Shown here piece by piece: positions 35,824-47,360 of a stretch of DNA of 64,000 bases. Origin of the DNA: Mobula hypostoma (Eukaryota); contig NC_086097.1 in assembly GCF_963921235.1 (NCBI RefSeq), forward strand, positions 228,100,001 to 228,164,000, given 5' to 3'. Made by a program: the position numbers and the translations under genes. Within the stretch, counting starts at the first letter, position 1; each line of letters opens with the position of its first letter. The notes below the pieces were generated by a model that searched no databases, was not told where the DNA came from, and saw only the letters and a list, made by a program, of their open reading frames with translations.

Positions 35824-37243
35824 AAAATCTAGTCAAGAAGAAAAGCTTACGAAAGGCTCAAAAAACCAGGTACTGTAGTTGTAGAGATCTAGAAAATTAT
35901 AAGGTTAGCAAGAAGGAGCTTAAGAATGAAATTAGGGGAACCAGAAGGGGCCATGAGAAGACCTTGGCAAGCAGGATCAAGGAAAACCCCAAGACATTCT
36001 ACAAGTTTGTGAAGAACAAAAGGATAAGACGTGGGAGAATAGGACCAATCAAACGTGACAGTGGAAAAGTGTGTATGGAACCGGAGGAGATAGCAGAGAT
36101 ACTTAATGAATACTTTGCTTCAGTATTCACTACGGAAAAGGACCTTGGCAATTGTAGGGATGACTTAGAGTGGACTGTAAAGCTTGAGCATATAGACATT
36201 AAGAAAGAGGATGTGCTGTAGCTTTTGGAAAAGGGGTCCCAGAACAGATCCCTGAGACACACCACTGGTGACCGACCTCCATACAGAATATGACCCGTCT
36301 ACAACCACTCTTTGCCTTCTGTGGGGAAGCCAATTCTTGACCCACAAAGCGAGATCCCCTTGGATCCCATGCTCCTTTACTTTCTCAATAAGCCTTGCAT
36401 GGGGCTTATCAAATACCTTGCTGAAATCCATATACACTACATCTACTGCTCTACCTTTATCGGTGTGTTTAGTCACATCCTCAAGAAATTCAAACAGGCT
36501 CGTAAGGCACGACCTGCCCTTGACAAAGCCATGCTGACTATTCCTAATCATGTTCTGCCTCTCCAAATGTTCATAAATCCTGCCTCTCAGGATCTTCTCC
36601 ATCAAATTACCAACCACTGAAGTAAGACTCACTGGTTTATAATTTCCTGGGCTCTCTCTACTCCCTTTCCTGAACAATGGAACAATATCCGCAACCCTCC
36701 AACCCTATGGAACCTCTCCCATCCCCATTGATAATGCAAAAAGTATTGCCAGAGGCTCAGCAATCTCCTCCCTCGCCTTCCACAGTAGCCTGGGGTATAT
36801 CTTGTCCGGTCCCGGTGACTTATCCAACTTGATGTTTTCCAAAAGCTACAGCACATCCTCTTTCTTAATGTCTATATGCTCAAGCTTTACAGTCCACTCT
36901 AAGTCATCCCTACAATTGCCAAGGTCCTTTTCCGTAGTGAATACTGAAGCAAAGTATTCATTAAGTATCTCTGCTATCTCCTCCGGTTCCATACACACTT
37001 TTCCACTGTCACGTTTGATTGGTCCTATTCTCCCACGTCTTATCCTTTTGTTCTTCACAAACTTGTAGAATGCCTTGGGGTTTTCCTTGATCCTGCTTGC
37101 CAAGGTCTTCTCAGGGCCCCTTCTGGTTCCCCTAATTTCATTCTTAAGCTCCTTCTTGCTAACCTTATAATTTTCTAGATCTCTACAACTACAGTACCTG
37201 GTTTTTTGAACCTTTCGTAAGCTTTTCTTCTTGACTAGATTTT
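35824..37243. repeat. 409-bp inverted repeat (35824-36232 vs 36835-37243), 602-bp spacer
   Basis: Ungapped reverse-complement match with three mismatches found by eye. ORFs 35964+ and 36846- encode the same peptide. Confidence 0.95.
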
Positions 37244-37819
37244 CAACAGCTTTTGTACACCACAGTTCCTGTATCCTACCATCCTTTCCCTGTCCGATTG
37301 GAACGTACCTATGCAGAATGTTCACGCAAATATCTGTTGAACATTTACCACATTTCTGCTGTACATTTCCCTGAGAACATCTGTTCCCAATTTATGTTTC
37401 CAAGTTCCTGCCTGACAGCTTCATATTTCCCCTTACTCCAATTAAACGCTTTCCTAACTTGCCTGTTCCTATCCCTCTCCAATGCTACGGTGAAGGAGAT
37501 AGAATTATGATCACTATCTCCAAAATATTCTCCCACTGAGAGACCTGACACCTAACCAGGATCATTTCCCAATACCAGATCAAGTACAGCCTTTCCGTTT
37601 GTAGACTTATCTACATATTATGTCAGGAAACCTTCCTGAACACACCTAACAAACCTCACCCCATCTCAACCCCTTGCTCTAGAAAGATGCCAATCAATAT
37701 TGGGAAAATTTTTAAAATGTTAACTCTTTCATTCCCAGAATCATTCTCATGAATCTCCTCTGGACCCTCTCAATGCCAGTATGTAGTGTGAGTATTTTGA
37801 ATAATACCAATGAAATAAT

Positions 37820-39390
37820 TTCAAGTTTATTGTCATTCAACCATACACACGTATACTGCCAAACGAGACTATGCACTCCATATAACTCACACACATAACA
37901 CATAATATAATATTACCACAAATAGATTAACAAACAATAAGGTACATATATGACAAGTTAAAATGTAAACAGTATAACACTACTGGCATTTCATATGTGA
38001 TGAGACCTGGGTGGTGGCAAGGGGTTCAGTAGTCTTACGGCCTGGGAGACGAAGTTGTTTCCCATCCTATCAGTTCTTGTCCTAATGCTATGGTACTTCC
38101 TTACTTCCTGCATACTGGTAGGGGGGGGGGGGGGGGGCGGTCAAGGAGATTGTACGATGGATGGGAAGGATCACCGATAATGCCAAGGGCCCTGCATACA
38201 CAGCAATCCTGATTTGGGGTGGCAGAGTAGTACAACGCTTTACAGTGTAGGTGAATGGGATTGAATCCCCACTGCTGCTTGTCAGGAGTTTGTACCTTCT
38301 CCCTGTGACCGCGCAGGTTTCCGCTGGGTGCTCTGGTTTCCTCCCACAGTCCAAAGACATGCCAGTTGATAGACTAATTGGTCATTGTAAAATTGTCCTG
38401 AGATTAGGCTGGCATTAAAAAAATTGGGGGATTGCTGCACAGAATGCTTTGAAGGGCCAGAAGGGCCTACTCCATACTGAACCTCAATAAATAAATAAAC
38501 GAATACATAAATATCTCTAATGAGTTGAAGAGACACCTCAATGATCCTCTCAGCTTTCCTCGCAATCCTTTGTAGGGACTTGTGGTCAGATGCTTTGCAG
38601 TTCCCCTACCAGACGACGATAAAGCCGGTCAATACACACTCAATGGTGCTTCTGCAAAAATTGGTTAAATTGGGAGGGGGTGCAGAGCCTCAGTCACCTC
38701 AATCTCATCAGGAAGTGGAAACATTAGTGTGCCTTCTTGACCAAAAAGTTGAAGTTGAGGGGCCAGTTGGAATCATCCGTTATGTGCACTCCCAGAAACT
38801 TGGTTCTCCTAAGTCTCTTCACGGAGGAGCCGTGTATGTGTAGTGAGGAGTGGTCAGCCTGCACCTTCCTATGGTCCACAACCATCTCCTTGGTCTTGTC
38901 CACATTGAGACTCAAGCTGTTGTGCTCACACCATTCTACCATCTGCTTGTCATCTTCTGAAGGCGTTGTTGGTGAGTCCAGCCACTGTTGTGTCAACAGC
39001 GAACTCGATGATTGCTTTTGAACAGGATCTAGCGAAGCCGTCGTGCGTCAGCAGCCTGAACAGCTGTGGGCCAGGCAAACAGCCCTGGGGAGCACCAGTG
39101 CTCAGTGTGATAGAGCTTAGAGATATTTCTGCCAACAGGGACTGACTGTTGCCTTTCTGTCAAGACGTCTGGGATCCAGTTACAGGGAGAGGTGTTGAGA
39201 CCCAATGAGGACAGTTTACCCACCAGATTCTGAGGGAAGATCATATTTAGTGCTGAGCTGAAGTCAATGAACAACATCCTGGCTAATGAGCTACCATTTT
39301 CCAGGTTGGACAGGATAGAGTGGAAAGCATCATCAGGGGACCAATTTGAGTGATAAGCAAACTGGAAAGGGTCCAATGTAGCAGGAAGTA
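37820..39390 (-). mobile_element. Rex1/Babar-type LINE RT remnant
   Basis: 'DPFQFAY', '[13 protein letters not shown]', 'LSTGAPQGC' and 'LSLNVDKTKEMVVD…KFLGVHITDD'. Confidence 0.88.
38216..38498 (+). mobile_element. HE1-like V-SINE
   Basis: V-domain GGAGTTTGTACCTTCTCCCTGTGACCGCGCAGGTTTCC…GGTTTCCTCCCACAGTCCAAAGACATG and (AAAT)n tail. Confidence 0.85.
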
Positions 39391-39749
39391 CAGATGACCT
39401 TAGTTCTATTACCTAATATGGCAGTGAAGTGAAAGCAAACTTAAGATGCATGGTTTACAATCTGTTTAGAAGTACAAGAGCCAATAGTGGATTTATTATT
39501 TGATGCTTACTGGGGTATTGGCTGCAGCTGTACCTCCAATTCCACATTCAACAGTAATTTTGTTTCTTAACAGCCTGATGTATGTCGAAAGAAACTGATT
39601 ACTGCCATTTCTTTTAAAAACAGATTTGTGCATTTCACAACCTTGGACCGACCAAAAGAGCTCAACAACCTATAATTTATTTATTCTTTGTAGGATCTGG
39701 ACCTCACCAACACTTGTCCTCTCCTTGAGAAGGTGGCAGTGAGCTGCCT

Positions 39750-40200
39750 CAGAATCAGATTCAAGTTTATTATCACTGAGTAATGTCAGGATCTTAGATT
39801 TTTTTTGTAGCAGCAGTATAGTGCAAGACATTTAAAAAAATAATTTACAATAAATATTGTGAAAGCAGAACAGTGAGATAGTGTTCATGAGTTAATTGAC
39901 CATTAAGAAATCTGCTGATGGAGGGGTACAGGAGCTTGAAGACTCAGACTCGGTGTTCTTAAGATATTCCGTGTAGGTTTTCAGGCTCCGGCACCCTGTC
40001 TCCGATGGTAGTGATGAGAAGAGGGCATGTCCCAGATGCTGAGGTCCTTAATGATGGATATCACCTTCTTGAGACACCACCATGTCCTCGATGGAGGTGT
40101 CTTGAGTCCACAACACTCTGCAGCCTCTTTCAATCTTGCCGATTGGAGCTTCCATACCAGGCAGCACTGCAACCAGGCATTACGCTCTCCACTGTACAAA
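39750..40200 (-). mobile_element. Rex1/Babar-type LINE 3' fragment
   Basis: CAGAATCAG tail and 'WCLKKVISIIKD' remnant. Confidence 0.7.
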
Positions 40201-40486
40201 TGCCTTGCTCTGCAATCCTTCTAGTGGTTACTGTGGCTCTGAAACTTAAACAGTCCATTAGGTGTCATCTTACATTAATGCTACTTCTTCCTTAAATTGA
40301 TTGAGCTGTCATATTGTTACAAGAAGTTGCATTTATCACAAAAACACTTCTGTAAAGTCCTCTTGGCTTATACAAGTAACCATTTGTGTTGTACAAGGTA
40401 AACACCATCAGTCAGTTGTGGCGTTTTGGCACATTATTTTTGCTCTGTGACTGCAAAGTTCTAAACTGAAACAAAGACCTTAAGCC

Positions 40487-40900
40487 CTGTCTGATATAGA
40501 TAGCTATGGGTACCCTCACTAAAGGGAGGTTATACTGTGACCACCTACACTTCAAAAGCTAGTTCACTCCCCTGTTTATCCTCCACGGTGAGTTTAGCTG
40601 CCAGTACCCACTATTTGACTGATGGCTTCCCCTCCCTAACCAGCAAGAAAGAGATGCTTCCAGACACCAAAGTAGTTTAAACACAGTTCATTTATTTTTA
40701 GTGACACACATTTAAATCCAGGGAAAATTCTTGAAACACATTCAGAGGTTTTCTGTCTTTAAAAGACTTCCAAATTACAAATGATATTTAAAAGGATTTC
40801 CAAAACACACAGGTACAATTCCCATAAGCTGAAAAACATACCAACAAGTTACAGACGACAGAGTCGTCCATCACAAAAGTCGAAGACAGAAGAATGGACT
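40487..40900. mobile_element. Possible LTR-like repeat fragment
   Basis: General LTR-like composition only. Termini and TSD not established. Confidence 0.3.
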
Positions 40901-41782
40901 CTAGTCACCCCACCTTTCTGTCATTCTCCTTGTTGTTTCTTGATCGTTTCTAACAAGTCTGACTACTCCAGCATTAATGCATTTTTTGCAAATTGGGTGA
41001 CTTCACACATGATTTTTTTTTCATATAACTTTTTACACGAATGATATAAAAGTTTTGGGAGACGGAGTTCCCAGATAACTACAATTAATGCTGCGAAGCT
41101 CTGAGTATACAAACCTTCCAACTATCAATGGATCAGTTATTTGATGTGCTAAGTGGTAGTATCCACCTGGCCTGCAAGATTCCTTGAATTAAATAACTTA
41201 GCCAGTGTTGTCTGGTTCAAAACAGGCCAATTAATATAAGCCATTGTCTTACACTGCATCTCTTGAGCTGTGAGCTTCATGCTGTGGGCCAGCAGTCCAT
41301 GTTATATAGTCAGTGTTGTTTGTTTGCAAAGCTGTCCTTCAGTCTGATTATTACTTGCCATTTACATTAAGAACTGAAGACTGGCTCGCGTTTATGACAA
41401 GAAGCTGAACGAAGTATGTGGATTGGAAGTTTAACTTACTCAAAAAGAACTCTTTGACTTCTATAGTGTCATCTGCCACATTAGAAAGCTCAGTACCCAA
41501 GCATGCCAACAGTTGAATAATTTTGCTTTCAGAGATGATTAAGTGCCCAGATTCAGGGCAATGTATATTTTACAGAGCTTGAGTATCCAGAGAGAGGGGG
41601 AGGAGCAGCACTCTGGAGAGATTGGAAACAAGGCTGAAAATGTTCAAACACAAGGGATTATGCGGACGCTGGAGATCCAGAGTAATCCACATAACATTCT
41701 GGAGGAAGTTATCAGGTCAGCCAGCAACTGTGAAAAGGAATAAAGAGTCAACTTTTCGAGCCGAGACACTTCATCAGTCCTG

Positions 41783-42660
41783 TTGGCTTTTTAGAGCAGC
41801 TTGTGGTTGAGCCCACTGGGAAAAAGGCAGATGTGTTGTATAATAATTCAGATTTGATTAGGGAGCTTCAGGTAAAGGAACTCCTAAGAAACAGTCATCC
41901 TAAAATGATCGAATTCATCTGTACTTGGCATCACCTTTCACCGTGGAAGACACCAACAGTATGCCAGAAATTCAAGAGTGTCAGGGGGCAGGGTAAGTGT
42001 AGTTGCTATTGCTAAGAATAAAGTGCTTGGGAAGTTGAAAGGTCTGAAGGTAGATAAGCCACCTGGACCAGATGGACTACACCCCAGGGTCCTGTAAAGA
42101 GAATGTGGAGGCACTTGTAGTGATCTTCCAGAATCACTGGAAACTAGAATGATTCCAGAAGAATGGAAAATTGCAAATGTTACATCACTCTTTAAGAAGG
42201 GATGGAAGGAAAAGCCAGGAAATTATAGACCAGTGGTTGGGAAAATGTTGGAGTTGATTATTAAGGATGAGGTTTCAGGGTCATTGGGGACACAAGATGA
42301 AATAGGCTAGAGTCAGCATGGTTTCTTTAAGAAATTCATTGGATGTTGTTTACTTGGATTTTCAGGTGTCACATATGAGGGTACTAAATAAGATAAGATT
42401 CCATGGTATTGCAGGAAAGATACAAATATGGATAGAAGATCAGATGCCAACATTTTATTTGCCTTCCATACCACTGACTCAACCTAAAATTTAGTCTTTA
42501 GTAATTCTGTATGAGGACTCCCAAGTGCCTTTACTTCTCTATTTTCTGAATTTTCTCCCTTTATTCCCACTCTTTGCTTCCTGCCAGTCAGCCAATCTAA
42601 AGTCTCCACAATGTCATCAGCTCCTTCTTTCAGATCCTTGGGGTGTAGTGCATGTGGTCC
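41783..42660. mobile_element. CR1 fragments, sense 41783-42445 and antisense 42445-42660
   Basis: CCTGGACCAGATGGACTACACCCCAGGG (PGPDGLHPR) and related motifs, heavily deleted. Confidence 0.75.
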
Positions 42661-42957
42661 AAGTATGAATTCACGGCTTACCAGACAATAATGTTTTAGT
42701 GTTATGGAATAGTAACAAGCACCTTAAAAGCTTTGTAAAAATAATGATTGTGTCTCTATAAAACTTGCCATATTCATTATCAAGATGCATGTTTTGTGTT
42801 GGTCTTATATGAGATGGTGAATAGGCAGCAGCTGGATAAGGGAAATAGAAAGTCAGTCAGGAGTTTCAGGTTTCTGAGTGCACAGAGAGTCCATTCACAC
42901 TACCTCACTATTTTTACTCTCTTTTTGCACCTCTTATTTAATTTATTTTTTTTAATT

Positions 42958-43773
42958 CAGTGATTCCAGTTACTTGGGCAACATTGTCACCAGTACATTT
43001 TGTCCCAATTAAGCAGCTGCCCCAATTTGCCAAAGTTTCACGGAAATAGTTAAAAAGATATAAAAAAGTTAAGTTACTGTTTACCTGAGTAATAAATTAT
43101 GTATTTAAATGAAATGCAGAACAAATTAGAACACCACCAATACCACTACACTATTATAAAACTGTGTATTAGTTCTTAATAGTTATTGACAGAGGAATTC
43201 ATCCAGTGTACACTGCCATGTTCTTTCAATTGACTATAAATGAATAAAATCATTGTAGACACAGTGCAGACAATTGACTGTCTTCATACATTTCTATTAA
43301 TTATTGCATCCTCCAAATATTCATTTTGATTGTAACATTCAAGATGATTACGTTCAAGGTTGTAGCATTCAAATTCTTCGTAGTTTCTAATTTGTTGAAG
43401 TAGTGAAATAGTTTCATTTTCACTCCCAGACATACCTACAAATTCTTCATATTTCCTAACTTGTTGAAGTAGTGAAATTGTTTCATTTTCACTCCCAGCC
43501 TTTTCTGGCATCTCCAGATCTGAATGTTTGAAACCACAGAGAGGAAAATAGTTCTGAATTATATTACTGCTTATTGCTTACCAACTAGCAGTGACAAAAA
43601 TCATGCAACTGACGCTATTTCAAAATTGTTTGTTCTAAGCATGGAATAGTGTCCAAATTAAACAGCATAGTGTTCCAAATAAATGAAGGGAATACCGTCT
43701 ATTTTTTTCATTAGCTTTTGTTCCTTAAGATTTGTCCCAAATGACCGGCTGCCTCAATTAACTGAATTCACTG
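42958..43773 (-). mobile_element. Non-autonomous pogo/Tigger-like DNA element
   Basis: Imperfect TIRs CAGTGATTCCAGTTACTTGGG / CTCAATTAACTGAATTCACTG, followed by TA. Inserted in a Rex 3' UTR. Internal acidic coding remnant with a 69-bp tandem duplication (units start 43370 and 43439). Confidence 0.7.
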
Positions 43774-43939
43774 TATATATTTCTTATTGTAATTTATAAT
43801 TTTTATTATATACATGTATTGCAATGTACTACTGCTACAAAACAACAAAGTTTATGACATATGCCATTGATATGAAACTTGGTTCTGAGCAAAATGCTGG
43901 AATAATAAAGTTGGAAGTGATGATGTTCTGAATGAGAAG

Positions 43940-45060
43940 ATCAGAATCAGATTCATTATCACTGACATTTGTCATGATATTCAAAGTTCAAAGTAAATTT
44001 ATTAACAAAGGACGTATATAACACCACATACTATCCAGAGACTAATTTTCTTGGGGCTATTCACAGTAGATACAAAGAAACATAATAAAGTCAATGAAAA
44101 ACTACACACAAACAAAGATAGACAGACAACCAATGTGCAAAGGAAGACAAACTGAGCAAATACAACAAATAATAAATATTGAGAACAGGAGTTGCAGCGT
44201 CCATGAAAGTGAACCAGTAGGTTCTGGAATCACTTCATTGTTGAGGTGAGTGAAATTATCCATGATGGTTCAACGGTCTGATGGTTGAAAGTTATTAACT
44301 ATTCCTGAACCCGGTGGTGAGGGATTTACCTCCTTCCCAATGGCAGCAGCGAGAAGAGTGTATGTCTTGGATGGTGAGGGCCTTTGTTGATGGATGCCAC
44401 TATGTTGTGGCAGCGCTCCCTGTAAATATGCTCAGTGATGGGAGCGTTTTCAGGTGATTAACTGATATTTGTTGTTTGTTGGCAGCAGTACAGGACAAGC
44501 ATATTAGAATCAGAATTAGGTTCAATATCATTGGATATGTAGTGAAATTTGTTGTTATGTAGCAGTAGTACATTGCAATACATAATAAAACTGTAAATTA
44601 CAGTAACAAATATATAATATACAAAGTTAAATAAGTAGTGTAGAAAGATTAGTGACCTAGTGTTTATTGTCCATTAAGAAATCTGATGGCAAAAGGGGAG
44701 AAGCTGTTCTTGAAATATTGAATGTGGGTCTTCAGGCTCCTGGCAGCAATGAGGAAAAAGGGCGTGTCCCAGATGGTGAGGGTCCTTCGTGGTAGATGCC
44801 CTTTCTCGAGGCACCATCCTTTGAAGATTCCTCAATGGTGGAAAGGTTTGGGCCCGTGATGGAAATGGTTGAGTCTACAAATCTCTGAAGCCTCTACACA
44901 TTGGTGTCTCCATAGCAGATGGTGATGCAGCCAGTCGGAATGGTCCCCCTAGTACATCTGAAGAAATTCACCTTTGATGACATGACAAATCTCCTCAATT
45001 TCTCATGAAGCGTAGCCGTTGGAGTGCCTTCTTCAGAATTGGATCAATATGGTGGGTTAT
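43940..45060 (-). mobile_element. Stack of nested Rex1/Babar 3' ends
   Basis: Three tails (AGAATCAG at 43940 and 44507, TTCAAAG at 43980) with C-terminal RT remnants. Confidence 0.7.
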
Positions 45061-45219
45061 TCAATAGCAATAGGTCAGCGGTCTGTGGAGCAAAAGTAGT
45101 AAGTCATTGTGATGGAGAAGTACAAAATGAGAAATTGTAAAGTAAGCGGATGCTAGAAATCTGCAACTTTAAAAATGTCAAAGATGCACAACAGGTCAGT
45201 CAACATCTATGAAGAGAAA

Positions 45220-45432
45220 CACAAACATGAGGAAATCTGCAGATTCTGGAAATCCAAAGCAACACACACAGAATTCTGGAGGAACTCAGCAGGCCAGGCA
45301 GCATCTGTGGAATAGAGAAAATGTTTTGGGCCGAGATCCTTCATGAGGACTGAAGGGTTTACTTTTTTTTACTCTTTTCCATAGATGCTTCCTGGCCTGC
45401 TGAGTTCCTCCAGTATCTTGTGAGTGTGTTGC
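45220..45432. mobile_element. Fold-back PLE terminal insertion
   Basis: Inverted arms GCAACACAC…CTGGAGGAACTCAGCAGGCCAGG / CCTGGCCTGCTGAGTTCCTCCAG…GTGTTGC around a decayed antisense hammerhead. Imperfect flanking repeat ATCTATGAAGAGAAA / ATCCATGAAGTGAAA. Confidence 0.75.
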
Positions 45433-47009
45433 TATCCATGAAGTGAAAGTGTTCACGTTTCAGATCAATGTTCTGGAAAGGTCAGCTACCTGAAATATTA
45501 ACTCTGTTTCTCTCTCTACAGTTGTTTCCTGATCCCTGGAGTTTGTCCAGCATTTTGTTGTTTACATGTAAAACAGAAGCTCAGCCTGGGATCATGAGAC
45601 GACTGAACTTCAGTAATCTACTTAGTCTGAGCTGGTGACTCTGACCAGTTATGGAATATACGGCAGAGACTAAACATGATGATTCACTCTTTCACTGTTT
45701 TGCTGGTGAAAGACCAGAGGACAAACAAAAGCGATGGACGGACAATTAGGCAGACTTACTGCGCAGTTAAAGGCAGCTCCAGCGATTTGAATGTCAAGAC
45801 AAGAGAAAGAGTCTACGTGGAGAATTTTGGCGTTGACACAATGATGCAGCTCACTGAGTTGCTGCCTCATATATCCAGTAATCTGTTGTTCAATCTTGAC
45901 CTTGTGGCCCGCCTGTGTGGAATTTGGATGTTCCTTCTGACATTGCTGGTCTGCTCTGGCTATCCGGCCTCCTCTCACGACTAAAATACGTGCTGCAGGA
46001 TACGTCTTCATGGATTTGAGAACCAACATTAATTGTAGAGGGAAAAAAGGATATAGCTGTTGATAATAGTGAGGAAAGAATTTAGCAAGTGTAGTTTGGG
46101 GATTTAGTTTGATGGTTTTGATTGATAGCTGTGACAGTATGCAGGATATGATCGCTAGATTGGCTGAAGTGGAGCCCAGTGAATCACGTTGTGTAACTGG
46201 GAGTTACGTGATACTGAGATACCAGGATAAAGGGAAACTGAAATTCATGCCTCATATTTATTAGGAACAACAATAGAAATTCAAAGAATGACGTTGGGAT
46301 TACGAACCCAACAATGGTGGAATTTATTTTTTATTTCATAGTGATTATTTTTATATTTACATTTATACACCCAACCTCTAACTAGAATGCTAATGAGAGA
46401 ATGATATCATTAAAGAAAGAAGACAAAAAAGAACAGGTTAGCATTAAATTATCAGAAATTAATGTAAATTAATAATCAAAGTCATGAGTACATTGCTGTT
46501 CAATGTTAAATAATGATATGAATGTAAGAATGGCATTATATGTGAAAGTTGCAAAGAGAGCCTGTCCTACAAAAATCAGCAGTAGCTGTGTGTTGGTAGG
46601 AAGTTAGCAATTCAGATCAGTGCCTGAGATTGGCATGCAGTAAATTGCTGTTGTTAATTCTGGATTAGATATATTAAATGAATGACAGATTAACAGCCCT
46701 GAAAAGCTATTTTGTATAACAGATTGAGTCTGTGCGTGTCTCAGATCTAGCACAAGCTCCAATAGATTTTATTTTCAAGATTTTATATAAATGGTTGCCT
46801 TAATATTCGCTGGACTAACCATACTGACCTTCTAAGATATCAGTAAGATTCTCATAGAAGAACTGTCTCTTGCTTTTGTGTTCCTTAGGATACTAAATGG
46901 CTTGTTGGGTGAGGGTGAGGGAGGCAGACTGCAACTGTAACATTCTTGGTTCTTAAGTAGACTGAACAGCTACATAAAAGTCCGTAAGTTTAACTTGACA
47001 TCTAAAACT

Positions 47010-47360
47010 CCGATAAACTTCTATAGATGTGTGGTGAAGAGTATATTACTAGTTGCATAAAAGCCAAGTACCTAATCACTAATTCCGTTACGTGGAAAAT
47101 CCTACAAAAAGTAGTGGATATGGCCTAGTCTGTCACGGGTGAAGCCCACACCTACCACCACTATTGAGCACATCTGCATGGAGCATTGTCGCAGGAAAGC
47201 AGCAGCCATCATCCAGGACCCCCACCATCCAGACCACGCTCCCTTCCTGCTGCTGCTTTCAAGGAGAAGGTACTGGAGCCTCAGGCCTCACCGCACCGGG
47301 TTCAGAGCAGTTATTGCCCCTCAACCATCAGGCTCTTGAACCAGAGGGGATAACCTCATT
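47010..47360 (+). mobile_element. Rex1/Babar-type LINE 3' fragment
   Basis: 'TIEHICMEHCRRKAAAIIQDPHHPDHAPFLLL'. Confidence 0.8.

Larger units (their letters stand above)
34192..37716 (-). mobile_element. CR1 LINE (EN end, RT, tail) with 6-bp TSD; contains a solo LTR and an inverted duplication
   Basis: Minus ORFs 'GDSDHNSISF', 'NYKPVSLTSVVG', 'YMDFSKVFDK' and 'LYRTLVRPHLEC'. (CATAGAAA)n tail. TSD ATGTTA at 34186-34191 and 37717-37722. Confidence 0.92.
33490..37780 (-). mobile_element. Old CR1 3' fragment acting as host, in three pieces (33490-33774, 34121-34191, 37717-37780)
   Basis: Once the inserts are removed, the pieces join into one continuous antisense CR1 sequence (…TTTCAATGAGAT|CCCCCGTCATTC…CTCATATGTTA|ACTCTTTCATTCCCAG…). 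Confidence 0.8.

Noticed and set aside
38120..38137. Poly-G run as a G-quadruplex regulatory element
   Set aside because: Homopolymer expansion inside a decayed Rex LINE, and its length may be a sequencing artefact.
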